This document shows positions 30,038 through 40,929 of a DNA stretch of 64,000 bases, in pieces. The translations under genes were made by a program, and so were the position numbers. Below the pieces are notes generated by a model, which made no database searches, had not been told where the DNA came from, and worked only from the letters and a program-made list of their open reading frames with translations. The stretch is from Gammaproteobacteria bacterium (GTDB taxonomy: Bacteria; Pseudomonadota; Gammaproteobacteria; Eutrophobiales; Eutrophobiaceae), in the NCBI GenBank assembly GCA_965116495.1, contig OZ220696.1:3584001-3648000 (forward strand), written 5' to 3'. Numbering within the stretch: the stretch's first letter is position 1; every line of letters starts with the position of its first letter.

Positions 30038-32631
30038 GGCAGGATCGGGTTGTCCTGGTAGCCGGGGATAGCCTGGTTCAGGAGTTCCGCAGTCCTCTCA
30101 CCGATGCTGCCCAGCCCCTTCAGTTGCAGTTGTAAGAAGAAACCGGTATTGAAATCGCCGTCCAGGTTGGACAGGAAGCGCCGCCCCACGGCCTTGATGG
30201 CAAAGCAGCAACCCTCGTATTCCATGCCGAAGAACAGGTCCAGGGAGCGCCCCTCGGAGAGCGCGTAATTCCACCGGCCCACCGCGTTCAGCCTGTCGGT
30301 CAGGGGCCAACTGAAGGAGATGTCCGTCTGCTCGATGTCCGTCGGGATACGCCGTATCAGGCCGGAACCGGCCCGCCTTACCCGGTAAGCAAAATTGACT
30401 ACCTTGTTGCCGGGTGGGTTGTATTGCGCGGTCAGCGCCATTTTCCGGGTCAGGCTGTCGTTGGCGTCCCAGTACAGCTCGGCGCCCAGGGTCAGGTCCT
30501 CGCGCGGGCTGGCAGTCGCCTCTACGATCAGGGGTGAGAGCAGGTCATTCTCCGGTGACCCGATATCCACCAGTTCGCCCTCTCTGCCCAGTATCTGCCT
30601 GATGACGTCCTGGTCTTCCAGGTAGAAGGTCTGGGCAACCTGGAGAAACGCGGTCTGCCTACCGGTTTCCCGGTTGATCAGCCGGCTGCCCAGGGCCATT
30701 GTGACCTGGTTCGCGTCGCCGATGCGGTCATAGCCGCTGAACCTGTTTTCCCGGAACAGGGCGTTGTAGTCCAGGTTGAAAATGGACGAATCGAATACCG
30801 GCAGATCCGACTGGTCCTCGTGCGGTATGTACAGGTAGTAAAGCCGGGGTTCCAGCGTGTGCAGGTAATCGGCCGGTTGCCGCTGGAAGGTGCGCTCCAG
30901 AAACAGGCCGCTGTCGACGCTGATTACCGGCAGGGTCCTGCTCGGACTTTTCCTGAACGGGCCTTGCTCGTCCAGGTTGTACTGGGTGAAGCGCACGCCG
31001 ACCTTGGGAATCACGTAGGCTGACCGGGAGCGTACGGGAAAACTGATGGCCGGGTACAGGTCGGTGCGGAACCCGGTCACGTCAATTGTGACCCCGGCTT
31101 CACCGGTGCGGTCGAAATAGCTGAAATCCGACAGCATGGTGAGATTGATTTTCTTGTTGCCGCGCAGGGGATAATACCTGAACTGCAGCCGGGGCAGGTT
31201 TTTATAGGGCCTGGACGTCACCGCGATGGTGCGGTCGATAACCTGGTAGCTGTGCAGTCGGGCCAGCAGGTTCCAGTTGTTTCCCCGGTACGTCAGGTCG
31301 GCCCGGCGCGGCAGGTAACGGGTACTGGAAATGGCCAGTTCCGCGCCGAAATCCTCCAGGTATTCCGGGTCCGAGGCGCGGTTGTAAACCACGGAAAGCC
31401 GGCCCCGGTCCAGGAAACTCTGGGTGTGTTCGAAATTGATCATACTGCGGTCGCGATCGTCAAAGCCGACGTCGCCGGGCAGGTACTCGAGGTTCAGTTG
31501 CCCGTGGCCGCGCTTGAACAGGTAGCGGTATTCCAGCATGCCCATCACGCCGCTGTTGGCGAGCACCCTGGGCGTAATGGTCGCGTCCATGCTCGGTGAG
31601 ATATTCCAGTAATAGGGCAACCGGGTTTCAAACCCGCCGTGGCTGTTCTTGCCGATCCCCGGCGCCAGGAAGCCGGATTTCCGGTCCCGGTTCAGGGGGA
31701 AGGTGAAGTAGGGTGCATAGAAGACCGGGATATCCTTGATCTTCAGCACGATGCCCCGGCCCGAGCCGCGGTTGGTCTCGTGGTTGAGGGTCAGTTCACG
31801 GGCAGAGATGCGCCAGAAATTCTCTTCGATCCCGCCGCCGTTCTCCGGGGCGCACGTGGTGAAGGCCATTTCCTTCCCCGCAGTCGTGAAGCCGGGGTCA
31901 ATGAACAGTTCCTCGGCCTCGCCCCGGGCGTCGCTTTCAGGGATATAGTAGCGGGCTTCGTTTACCGTTGCCGTACTCTCATCCAGTTCGATATGGGCGC
32001 TGTCACCGTCGAGATACAGGGATTCTTCCCAGAACTTCACGTTGCCGGCCAGGTCAACGTAATTCCCCGCATCGTGATAGACCGCCTCGTCCGCCCGCGC
32101 CTGCCAGGTTTCCGTGGTCATTTCAACGGAGCCCTCCAACTCGGACACGCCCTTTTCCAGCAGGTCTATGCGGTCGGCATTGACATAGGTGTCGCCTTGC
32201 TCCAACTCGACATCGACCACCGGGCTGTCGGGGATCTGGAACACGACCGGGCAGTACGGCCCGCCAGCCGGCGCCTCCTGCGCCGTAGCCGCGCCCGCCC
32301 ACAACAGGATAACCAATAAAATGCCAGGGGTCAGAGTAAAAATGCTGCGGAAATAAATGAGGTCAGACCCCATTATTTTCGTCGTTATTTTCGTCATTCC
32401 GGCGCAAGCCGGAATCCAGTGGAATAGTGGGAAGACAGTACTGGATTCCGGCTTGCGCCGGAATGACGAGATGGACAGGAATGACGAGATGGACAGGAAT
32501 GACGAGATGGACAGGAATGACGAGATGGATAGAAATGACGGCATGGACAGGAATGACGTGCCGGATCCTCCGGGGAGGGACTTCAAGTCCGTCCCCGGTT
32601 GCTTCGCAAACGCATTCTTCACCGTGCTCAT
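30034..32631 (-). CDS. lptD: LPS assembly protein LptD (start at 32631, coupled to dcd, or at 32373)
   Basis: FTTC, RKSGFL, PYYWNI, HTLEPRLYY, NRFSGYDRIGDANQ, YEGCC; the N-terminal region is repeat-derived. Confidence 0.9.
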   Translation of the reverse strand: MSTVKNAFAKQPGTDLKSLPGGSGTSFLSMPSFLSISSFLSISSFLSISSFLSISSFRRKPESSTVFPLFHWIPACAGMTKITTKIMGSDLIYFRSIFTLTPGILLVILLWAGAATAQEAPAGGPYCPVVFQIPDSPVVDVELEQGDTYVNADRIDLLEKGVSELEGSVEMTTETWQARADEAVYHDAGNYVDLAGNVKFWEESLYLDGDSAHIELDESTATVNEARYYIPESDARGEAEELFIDPGFTTAGKEMAFTTCAPENGGGIEENFWRISARELTLNHETNRGSGRGIVLKIKDIPVFYAPYFTFPLNRDRKSGFLAPGIGKNSHGGFETRLPYYWNISPSMDATITPRVLANSGVMGMLEYRYLFKRGHGQLNLEYLPGDVGFDDRDRSMINFEHTQSFLDRGRLSVVYNRASDPEYLEDFGAELAISSTRYLPRRADLTYRGNNWNLLARLHSYQVIDRTIAVTSRPYKNLPRLQFRYYPLRGNKKINLTMLSDFSYFDRTGEAGVTIDVTGFRTDLYPAISFPVRSRSAYVIPKVGVRFTQYNLDEQGPFRKSPSRTLPVISVDSGLFLERTFQRQPADYLHTLEPRLYYLYIPHEDQSDLPVFDSSIFNLDYNALFRENRFSGYDRIGDANQVTMALGSRLINRETGRQTAFLQVAQTFYLEDQDVIRQILGREGELVDIGSPENDLLSPLIVEATASPREDLTLGAELYWDANDSLTRKMALTAQYNPPGNKVVNFAYRVRRAGSGLIRRIPTDIEQTDISFSWPLTDRLNAVGRWNYALSEGRSLDLFFGMEYEGCCFAIKAVGRRFLSNLDGDFNTGFFLQLQLKGLGSIGERTAELLNQAIPGYQDNPILP
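32461..32557. repeat. 18-bp tandem repeat (about 5 copies) in the lptD frame
   Basis: gaatgacgagatggacag units encoding SFLSIS. Confidence 0.85.
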
Positions 32632-33197
32632 CACGTCTTCGGCAACGTTACACCTGTCTGGCCCTGGTACTTCCCCTTGCGGTCCCTGTAGGACGTCTCG
32701 CACGCCTCGTCGGATTGCAGGAAGATCACCTGGGCGACGCCCTCATTGGCATATATCTTCGCCGGCAGCGGCGAGGTATTGGAAAATTCCAGGGTGACGT
32801 GACCCTCCCATTCCGGTTCCAGCGGCGTCACGTTGACGATGATGCCGCAGCGGGCGTAGGTGGACTTGCCCAGGCATATCGTCAGCACATCCCGGGGGAT
32901 ACGGAAATACTCGACCGTGCGGGCCAGGGCAAACGAGTTGGGGGGGATGATGCACACGTCCCCGGTGAAGTCCACGAAGCTGTCCTCGTCGAAATTTTTC
33001 GGATCGATGACCGCGGAGTTGATGTTGGTGAATATCTTGAATTCATTCGAGCAGCGGATGTCGTAGCCGTAACTGGAGGTGCCGTAGGATACCAGCGACA
33101 TGGACCCGTTTTGTTTGATCTGCCGGGGCGTAAATGGTTCAATCAGGCCCTGGGTTTCAGCCATCTCGCGGATCCATTTATCGCTCTTTACCGGCAT
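32631..33197 (-). CDS. dcd: dCTP deaminase
   Basis: [28 protein letters not shown]. Confidence 0.96.
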   Translation of the reverse strand: MPVKSDKWIREMAETQGLIEPFTPRQIKQNGSMSLVSYGTSSYGYDIRCSNEFKIFTNINSAVIDPKNFDEDSFVDFTGDVCIIPPNSFALARTVEYFRIPRDVLTICLGKSTYARCGIIVNVTPLEPEWEGHVTLEFSNTSPLPAKIYANEGVAQVIFLQSDEACETSYRDRKGKYQGQTGVTLPKT

Positions 33198-34289
33198 TCA
33201 GGCGTTCTCGACCACAATCTTGGGGAATTTGCTGCTGAAGTCTTTGGCCCGCAACGACAACCTTGCCGCGGCCTTGCGAGAGATGGCCCGGTAGGTCTCC
33301 GCCAGGGGCGAGTCCGGGGCCATTGCCACGGTCGGCCGGCCGTTGTCCACGCCCTCGCGGATACTCATGTCCAGGGGCAGGGAACCCAGCAGGCCGACGT
33401 CGTACTGCTCGGCCATCTGCATCCCGCCGCCGCTGCCGAAGATGTGTTCCTCGTGGCCGCAGTTGCTGCAGATATGGGTGCTCATGTTCTCCACGATGCC
33501 CAGCACCGGCACCTCGACCTTCTCGAACATCTTCAGTCCCTTGCGCGCATCGAGCAGGGCGATGTCCTGGGGCGTGGTGACGATGATCGCCCCTGATACC
33601 GGGATTTTCTGGCACAGGGTCAACTGGATGTCACCGGTGCCCGGCGGCAGGTCTATGACCAGGTAATCCAGGTCCGACCAGTTGGTATCGCCCAGCAACT
33701 GCTCCAGCGCGGAGGTAACCATGGGGCCGCGCCAGATCATCGGTGTTTCCTCGTTGACGAGGTAGCCGATGGACATGGATTGCAGGTGGTAGCTGACGTT
33801 CGGTTCGATGGATTTGCCGTCATGGCTGTCCGGTTTGGCGCGGCAGCCGAGCATGCGCGGCTGGCTCGGGCCGTAGATGTCCGCATCCAGGATGCCCGTC
33901 TTTGCCCCCTCCGCGTGCAGGGCCAGGGCCAGGTTGACGGCGGTCGTCGACTTGCCCACGCCGCCCTTGCCGGAGGCGACGGCAATCGTGTTCTTGATGT
34001 TGTCTATGGGTTTCACGCCCCGCTGCACGGCGTGTGACCTGATACTGGTGCCGATGTCCAGGTCGATGCCCTGCACCCCCGGGAACTGCCGCAGCCGTTC
34101 CGTGACGGCGTCCCGCAGCGTATCGATGTAACCGTTTGCCGGGTAACCCATTTGCAGGGAAATTCTGATATTATCTCCGTCAATCTGTATATCCTTGACC
34201 ATATCGGCGGAAACGAGGTCTTTTTCCAGGTTGATGTCCTGTACCCCGGCCAGGGCCGTTTTTATCGCATCAGGGCTTGTATTCAGCAT
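33198..34289 (-). CDS. apbC: Fe-S cluster carrier ApbC/Mrp
   Basis: SGKGGVGKST, DADIYGPS, DLPPGTGD, CSNCG. Confidence 0.95.
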   Translation of the reverse strand: MLNTSPDAIKTALAGVQDINLEKDLVSADMVKDIQIDGDNIRISLQMGYPANGYIDTLRDAVTERLRQFPGVQGIDLDIGTSIRSHAVQRGVKPIDNIKNTIAVASGKGGVGKSTTAVNLALALHAEGAKTGILDADIYGPSQPRMLGCRAKPDSHDGKSIEPNVSYHLQSMSIGYLVNEETPMIWRGPMVTSALEQLLGDTNWSDLDYLVIDLPPGTGDIQLTLCQKIPVSGAIIVTTPQDIALLDARKGLKMFEKVEVPVLGIVENMSTHICSNCGHEEHIFGSGGGMQMAEQYDVGLLGSLPLDMSIREGVDNGRPTVAMAPDSPLAETYRAISRKAAARLSLRAKDFSSKFPKIVVENA

Positions 34290-34356
34290 GGGTGCTCGGT
34301 ATGTCGGTTAGCAAACGGACATTTTACATGAAAATTGCCGGTCAAGCCGGACAAAT

Positions 34357-36660
34357 GTGATGACAGCCCGACAACGTAAAATCTTTGTGACGAGCGCACT
34401 GCCTTATGCGAACAGCTCGATCCATATCGGCCACCTGCTGGAGGCGATACAGACGGATATCTGGGTGCGCTTCCAGAAACTGCGCGGCCATGACTGCCTG
34501 TACCTATGCGCCGACGACGCCCACGGCACGCCCATCATGCTGAGCGCGGACAGCCAGGGCATTGACCCGGAACAGTTGATCGCCCGCATCCACGCCGAAC
34601 ACGAGCGTGATTACGCCGGCTTCGAGATCGGTTTCGACAACTTCTACACCACCCATTCCGGGGAAAACCGGGAATTCGCGGAGAATATCTACGCCCGCCT
34701 CAACGCCGCAGGCCATATCAAGCGCCGCACCATCCGCCAGTTCTACGACCCGGTGAAGCAGATGTTCCTGCCGGACCGGTTCATCCGCGGGGAGTGCCCG
34801 TTCTGCCGCGCACCGGACCAGTACGGCGACAGTTGCGAGTCCTGCAACCGCACCTACACGCCCATGGACCTGGTCAACCCGGTATCCTCCGTCTCGGGGG
34901 CCACGCCGGTGGAGAAGGAGTCCGAGCACTATTTCTTCGACCTGCCCGCGTTCGAGACCGTGTTGCAGGACTGGGTCGGCGCCGGGCACTTGCAGCCCGA
35001 GGTCGCCAACAAGCTGGATGAATGGTTCAGCGCCGGGTTGAGGGAATGGGACATCTCCCGGGATGCGCCGTATTTCGGCTTTGAGATCCCCGGCGCGCCG
35101 GGCAAGTATTTCTATGTGTGGGTCGATGCGCCCATGGGCTATTTCGCCAGCCTGAAGAACCTGCTGGACGGGCAGGGGCGGGACGTGGCGGAGTACATCG
35201 ACGCCGGCAGCGACGCCGAGATGTACCATTTCATCGGCAAGGACATCATGTACTTCCATACCCTGTTTTGGCCGGCCCTGCTGCACGGCAGCGGCCACCG
35301 CCTGCCCAGCAACGTGTTCGTGCACGGGTTTCTCACGGCCAACGGCCAGAAAATGTCGAAATCCCGCGGCACCTTCATCAATGCCCGCACCTACCTGGAG
35401 CACCTGGACCCGGAATACCTGCGTTATTATTTCGCCGCGAAGTCGGGCAGCGGCGTGGACGATATCGACCTCAACCTGGAGGATTTCCGCCAGCGCGTGA
35501 ATGCCGACCTGGTCGGCAAGGTGGTCAACTTGGCCAGCCGCTGCGCCGGTTTTATCCGCAAGCGGTTCGGCGGCAGGCTGGCGGCAGACATCCATGACGC
35601 GGCGCTGCTGCAGGAGTTTGCCGGCGCAGGCGAGGCCATCGCTGAGGCCTACGAAGCCAGGGAATACGCCCGCGCGGTGCGCGGGATCATGGCCCTGGCC
35701 GACCGGGCGAACCAGTACATAGACCGGCACAAGCCCTGGGAGATGGCCAGGCAGGACCCCGAATCGGCCGAATTGCAGCAGGTCTGTTCCCTGGGTATCA
35801 ACCTGTTCCGCATACTCATTATCTACCTGAAACCGGTGCTGCCCGGCCTGGCGCAGCGCTCCGAGGCGTTCCTGGGTGTCGACCCGCTGAACTGGGACGA
35901 CCTGGCGGCGCCCCTGCTGGACCACCCGATAAACAAGTTCAAGCCACTCCTCACCCGGGTGGAAAAAGACCGGATCGATGCCGTGGTAGAAGCCAGCAAG
36001 GAAAGCCTGGGGACGGGGGGCGTTGGGGCAGCCGGTGCAGGGCATGGCGGAGCAGGAGATGACGTAGCGGGGGATGACGTGGCAGGCGACACCGCAGCGG
36101 GAAATGACGGAGTAGGGAATGCCGGAGACGCCGCAGCAGGGGATGACGCAACAGGTGGCGCTGCAGCGGGAGATGACGGTGCAGGGGACGCCGCAGCGGA
36201 GGACGCCTCAGCAGGAAATGGCGGAACAGGCGACGTAGAGGTGGGAGACGACACCAATGATACCGGGACCGGAGGTGCCGGGACGGGGGACTCGGCCACC
36301 GTTAACAAATACCTGGTAGAAGATCCGGTTGGCGCGGAAATCTCCTTTGATGAGTTCAGCAGGATGGATCTGCGCGTCGCAAAAATCACTCGCGCCGACT
36401 ACGTTGACGGCGCGGACAAACTGCTGCAACTGACCCTGGACCTGGACGGCGAGACCCGGAACGTATTCGCCGGGATCAAGTCCGCCTACCAGCCGCAAGA
36501 CCTGGTCGGCAGAATGACGGTAATGGTAGCCAACCTCGCCCCCAGGAAAATGCGCTTCGGCGTATCCGAAGGTATGGTGCTGGCCGCCGGCCCCGGCGGC
36601 AAAGAAATCTTCATCCTCACCCCCGACTCAGGCGCAAAACCCGGCATGAAAGTCAAGTGA
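34357..36660 (+). CDS. metG: Methionine--tRNA ligase with a low-complexity linker insertion
   Basis: ALPYAN, HIGH, KMSKS, C-terminal tRNA-binding OB domain. Confidence 0.97.
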   Translation: MMTARQRKIFVTSALPYANSSIHIGHLLEAIQTDIWVRFQKLRGHDCLYLCADDAHGTPIMLSADSQGIDPEQLIARIHAEHERDYAGFEIGFDNFYTTHSGENREFAENIYARLNAAGHIKRRTIRQFYDPVKQMFLPDRFIRGECPFCRAPDQYGDSCESCNRTYTPMDLVNPVSSVSGATPVEKESEHYFFDLPAFETVLQDWVGAGHLQPEVANKLDEWFSAGLREWDISRDAPYFGFEIPGAPGKYFYVWVDAPMGYFASLKNLLDGQGRDVAEYIDAGSDAEMYHFIGKDIMYFHTLFWPALLHGSGHRLPSNVFVHGFLTANGQKMSKSRGTFINARTYLEHLDPEYLRYYFAAKSGSGVDDIDLNLEDFRQRVNADLVGKVVNLASRCAGFIRKRFGGRLAADIHDAALLQEFAGAGEAIAEAYEAREYARAVRGIMALADRANQYIDRHKPWEMARQDPESAELQQVCSLGINLFRILIIYLKPVLPGLAQRSEAFLGVDPLNWDDLAAPLLDHPINKFKPLLTRVEKDRIDAVVEASKESLGTGGVGAAGAGHGGAGDDVAGDDVAGDTAAGNDGVGNAGDAAAGDDATGGAAAGDDGAGDAAAEDASAGNGGTGDVEVGDDTNDTGTGGAGTGDSATVNKYLVEDPVGAEISFDEFSRMDLRVAKITRADYVDGADKLLQLTLDLDGETRNVFAGIKSAYQPQDLVGRMTVMVANLAPRKMRFGVSEGMVLAAGPGGKEIFILTPDSGAKPGMKVK

Positions 36661-36854
36661 CCACCTGATTTGGGACACCCATAAATTTCTGGGTTCCGGC
36701 TTACGCCGGAACGACGGGGCGGGGCTAATTTGGGACATCCATAAATTTAGAGACCTTCGATATTTACGATACAGTTTATGGTTGTCCTGAATTAAACGAT
36801 GCTACGATACAATTTATGGGTGTCCCGAATTAAACGACGAAACCCTCCACCGTT

Positions 36855-37433
36855 ATGACTGAGTTTTTCCTCATCCTCCTGGCGGCCTGCCTGGCCAACA
36901 ACCTGATGACCGACCACCTGCTCGGCGTAAGCCCCCTGCTGGCGGCCGCGCAGAAAATTAACGTCGCCGTCGATATGGCAATCGCCGTCACAGGCGTGAC
37001 CACGCTCGTCGCGTTCATTACCTGCCTGCTGGACACCCTGTTCATCACCCCGCTGCACCTGGAAAACTACCGGCTGCTGATCCTGGTGATGACCGTCGTT
37101 TGCGTCTGCCAGGCGTCCCGGATAATTCCGGGCAGGTACCTCCCCCGGCTGTTTGACCGGGACGGCAGGTTCTATCCGCTGTTGCTGATGAATTGCGCGT
37201 TACTGGGCGTCACGCTACTCAACGTGCAGCAGGACACCGGCCTGCTCGGATCGCTGTTTTTCGGCGCCGGCGCCGGCCTGGGCTTCTCCCTGATCCTGCT
37301 GGGCTTCACCGCCATCAACCTGCGCCTGACCGTCACCGACCTGCCCGCCCCGTTCAAAGGCCTCCCCCTGCAAATGGTCACCCTGGGCGTCATCTCCCTG
37401 GCCTTCTCAGGCCTCACCGGCCTGATAGCCTAA
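36855..37433 (+). CDS. rnfA: Rnf/Rsx subunit A
   Basis: NNL..LGVSP, NCALLG, PAPFKGLP; stop lies within a repeat. Confidence 0.85.
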   Translation: MTEFFLILLAACLANNLMTDHLLGVSPLLAAAQKINVAVDMAIAVTGVTTLVAFITCLLDTLFITPLHLENYRLLILVMTVVCVCQASRIIPGRYLPRLFDRDGRFYPLLLMNCALLGVTLLNVQQDTGLLGSLFFGAGAGLGFSLILLGFTAINLRLTVTDLPAPFKGLPLQMVTLGVISLAFSGLTGLIA

Positions 37434-37513
37434 TTTGGGACACCCATGAATTTAGAATATTCGTTAATTTATGGGTGTCCCAAATTAGAAGAGTTGCCTT
37501 ATTCGGCGAAGAT

Positions 37514-38038
37514 ATGATGTTGGAATTGATAATTGTTACTCTGGCGCTTTGTTTATTGGCATTGTCAGCGGCCATGTTGTTATCCGAAGCAGGCGAAGCC
37601 AATACACGTGCCGGGGAGGAAGCCGTCACTGCGATAGACGCCCTGCTGCCGCAGACCCAGTGCGGCGACTGCGGCTATCCCGGCTGTCTGCCGTATGCCA
37701 GGGCAATCGTTGAACAGGATGTACCCCTTAATTTATGTACTCCCGGCGGCGCCATCACCGTGAGAAAGCTGGAAAAATTACTGGGCAGGACGTCCTCCCT
37801 GCATAGTGCCCCGGTTACACCTGAAGATACCATCGCCCTGATTGACGAAGACACCTGCATAGGATGCGTGAAGTGCATCCACGCCTGCCCCGTCGATGCC
37901 ATTGCCGGCAGCGCCAAACAACTGCACGCCGTCATCCCGGAATACTGTACCGGTTGCGAACTTTGCCTCCCACCCTGCCCGGTAGACTGCATAACCATGA
38001 TCCCACGGCACCCGGCATCACATCAACAGACCGCATAA
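37514..38038 (+). CDS. rnfB: Rnf/Rsx subunit B
   Basis: LPQTQCGDCGYPGC and two 4Fe-4S motifs. Confidence 0.9.
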   Translation: MMLELIIVTLALCLLALSAAMLLSEAGEANTRAGEEAVTAIDALLPQTQCGDCGYPGCLPYARAIVEQDVPLNLCTPGGAITVRKLEKLLGRTSSLHSAPVTPEDTIALIDEDTCIGCVKCIHACPVDAIAGSAKQLHAVIPEYCTGCELCLPPCPVDCITMIPRHPASHQQTA

Positions 38039-38240
38039 ACTGAACAAGCTGCCCGCTTCGTTATTTGCGAAGCTTGTCCCTGCGAAAGCAGGGAGCAGAA
38101 ATCCATTAACGAACTAATTTGGGACACCCATAAATTAACGAATTTTCTAAATTCATGGGTGTCCCAAATTAGGTTATATGGGTGTCCTGAATTAGGATAA
38201 TATGGAGTGATATTGGGCTTATTTTCGGAGCGGTGGCGGC

Positions 38241-39737
38241 ATGCGTGAATTACATGATTTCCCGGGCGGGTTGTTGCTGGAGCCGCATAAGGAAGTTACC
38301 GACCAGAAAATGTCCATCCTGCACCCGCTGCCGGAGCGGATGTTCCTGCCCCTGCAGCAGCATATCGGCCAGCCGGCGGAGCCTGCCGTACAAGTCGGTG
38401 ACCGGGTACTGAAAGGCCAGATCATCGCCCGCTCCGGCGGTTATGTCAGCGTCCCCGTCCATGCCAGCACGTCCGGGAAAATAACGGATATCGGCAATTA
38501 TCCGGTCCCGCATCCGACCATCAGCGAAGCGCCGTGCATCGTACTGGAGCCGGACGGAAACGATGCCTGGTTCGATATCAAACCCACCGAGGAATATGAC
38601 CGCACCGAACCGGCGAAATTGCAGGAGTTGATCCGGGATTGCGGCATTGTCGGCCTGGGCGGCGCAGGTTTTCCGGCCCACGTGAAATTGATGGAAGGGA
38701 TTGAGAATGCGGTCGACACATTAATAATAAACGGTGTTGAATGTGAACCGCATATCACCTGCGATGACCGCCTTATCCAGGAAAAGGCCTCCTACGTCGT
38801 ATCCGGCGCGCGCATGATCCGCCATGCCGTGCAGGCCAGGCACTGCGTGATCGCCGTTGAGGATGACATGCAGCTGGCGTACGACGCGCTGGCCGACCTA
38901 GTCGATGACGACCTGGAACTGGTCATGGTGCCCACCCGCTATCCCGCCGGCGGCGAGAAACAGCTCATCAGGACACTGACCGGCAAAGACGTCCCCAGCG
39001 ATGGCCTGCCGATCCACGTCGGCATCGTCATCCACAACGTCGCCACGGCCGCGGCGGTCTACCGCGCCGTCACCCGCGGCGAACCCATCGTCTCGCGCTA
39101 CGTGACGGTGACCGGCAGAGTGGATAACCCCGTCAACCTGCAGGTGCTGATCGGCACGCCGGTCGAGGACTGCCTGGCCACCTGCGGTTACCGGCACAGT
39201 GAGGACAACAAGGTGATCATCGGCGGCCCCATGATGGGTCTGCGCGTCACCAGCCCCAACATGCCGGTGATCAAGACCACCAACTGCATCATTATCGAGG
39301 AAAATGCGCCCGCCTACCCGGAAATGCCCTGCATCCGTTGCGGCGATTGCGCGGATGTCTGCCCGGCCGAACTGCTGCCCCAGCAACTGTACTGGTTCGC
39401 CAAATCCGCCGATTACGACCAGGCCCGCGAGTATCGCCTGGCCGACTGCATAGAATGCGGTTGCTGCGCCTATGTCTGTCCCAGCCGCATACCCCTGGTG
39501 CATTATTACCGTCACGCGAAAGCGCAGATAGGCCTGGAACAACAACGCAGCCATGAAGCCGACCAGGCACGACAGCGCTATACCCGGAAAAACGTACGCG
39601 AGAAGGAGGAAGCAGCAGCCGGGAAAACAGGCAAAACCGGCGCCGGCGCAGACCGGGGACAGGACACCCGGGCAGCGAAAAAGGCCTACGTGGAGGAGGC
39701 GCTGGCCCGGACCCGGACGAAGCGGCAGAACCGGTAA
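38241..39737 (+). CDS. rnfC: Rnf/Rsx subunit C
   Basis: QHIG, GLGGAGFP, ECEP, CIRCGDC, CIECGCC. Confidence 0.95.
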   Translation: MRELHDFPGGLLLEPHKEVTDQKMSILHPLPERMFLPLQQHIGQPAEPAVQVGDRVLKGQIIARSGGYVSVPVHASTSGKITDIGNYPVPHPTISEAPCIVLEPDGNDAWFDIKPTEEYDRTEPAKLQELIRDCGIVGLGGAGFPAHVKLMEGIENAVDTLIINGVECEPHITCDDRLIQEKASYVVSGARMIRHAVQARHCVIAVEDDMQLAYDALADLVDDDLELVMVPTRYPAGGEKQLIRTLTGKDVPSDGLPIHVGIVIHNVATAAAVYRAVTRGEPIVSRYVTVTGRVDNPVNLQVLIGTPVEDCLATCGYRHSEDNKVIIGGPMMGLRVTSPNMPVIKTTNCIIIEENAPAYPEMPCIRCGDCADVCPAELLPQQLYWFAKSADYDQAREYRLADCIECGCCAYVCPSRIPLVHYYRHAKAQIGLEQQRSHEADQARQRYTRKNVREKEEAAAGKTGKTGAGADRGQDTRAAKKAYVEEALARTRTKRQNR

Positions 39738-39930
39738 CCGTCACCACACCGGGTTTGACCTGGAGTCCTGTGTAATTCTGTGTCGCTCCCGGCTACCAAC
39801 TTGCCAGTGCAGGTTCCGGCGACTCTTTAGTTTGGCCGGATTCCTGCTTTCGCAGGAATGACGAAGGTATTATTATCGTAACCCACTGACAGCAGAAAAT
39901 ATCCATTAATGACCAGTGAACCGATGAAAG

Positions 39931-40929
39931 ATGCAAACTGACAGCTCACCTCACCTGCACGATAGCCGGACCGTGGGCGTGGTGATGGCGGACGTATGCA
40001 TCGCGCTGGTCCCGGGGCTGCTCTGCTACGCCTGGTTGTTCGGCCCGGGGGTGTTGCTGCAGTGTATCCTGGCCGTGTCGTTTGCCCTGCTGTTCGAGTT
40101 TGCCGTCCTCAGGCTGCGCGGGCGCAACCCCCGGCCGTTCCTGCGCGACGGCAGCGCCGTGGTCACCGCGCTGCTGTTTGCCGTCAGCATCTCTCCGTCA
40201 GCGCCCTGGTGGGTGTCCCTGTGCGGGATCGCCTTTGCAATCATCATCGCCAAACATGCGTTTGGCGGTATCGGCTACAACCTGTTCAACCCGGCGATGG
40301 CGGGTTATGTATTCGTGCTGGTCTGCTTCCCGGTGCAGATGAATACCTGGCCAGACCTGCCGGCGCAGGGTGTCGGCGCATACCTGGGCAGCATCTTCCC
40401 CATGGCAGGCCGGGAGCTGGACATGCTGAGCGGCGCCACGCCCCTGGATGAACTGAAAACCCGGTTGGAGATGATGAAAATGGTGTCGGAGATCAAGACG
40501 GCCTCGGTATACGGGTATTTCGGCGCCGCCGGCTGGGAATGGATCAATGCCCTGTTCCTGCTGGGCGGCATCTATATGCTGGTGCGCGGTGTCATCAGGT
40601 GGCATATTCCTGTGGCGGTGCTGGCCAGCATGTTCATCGTCAGCGCGGCGTTTTACCTCTACGATGCGGAAACCTACGCCTCCCCGCTGTTCCACCTGTT
40701 CAGCGGCGGCGCCATGCTGTGCGCATTCTTTATCGCCACGGACCCCGTCACCGCGTCCACAACCGGGCGCGGGCGCCTGGTCTACGGCGCCATGATCGGC
40801 GTATTGATCTACCTGATGCGGCAGTGGGGGGCATTCCCGGACGGCGTGGCGTTCGCGGTGCTCCTGGCCAATATCTTCGTCCCGCTGATTGACCTGCTGA
40901 CCCGCCCCAGGGCGTTCGGAGAAACATAA
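39931..40929 (+). CDS. rnfD: Rnf/Rsx subunit D
   Basis: SSPH, FNPAM, SGATPL FMN site, ATDPVT. Confidence 0.95.
   Translation: MQTDSSPHLHDSRTVGVVMADVCIALVPGLLCYAWLFGPGVLLQCILAVSFALLFEFAVLRLRGRNPRPFLRDGSAVVTALLFAVSISPSAPWWVSLCGIAFAIIIAKHAFGGIGYNLFNPAMAGYVFVLVCFPVQMNTWPDLPAQGVGAYLGSIFPMAGRELDMLSGATPLDELKTRLEMMKMVSEIKTASVYGYFGAAGWEWINALFLLGGIYMLVRGVIRWHIPVAVLASMFIVSAAFYLYDAETYASPLFHLFSGGAMLCAFFIATDPVTASTTGRGRLVYGAMIGVLIYLMRQWGAFPDGVAFAVLLANIFVPLIDLLTRPRAFGET

Noticed and set aside
34504-36045. Long antisense ORFs (this one, 19268-20521, 26413-27657, 41784-42920, 43924-44952, 44819-46159)
   Set aside because: Shadow frames of well-supported genes in high-GC DNA, with no recognisable motifs.
37193-37513. 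N-terminal extension of RnfB
   Set aside because: It reads through rnfA and a repeat (IWDTH/LWVSQI are repeat translations); the same applies to the extensions of yyaL, egtD and the GT-C gene.
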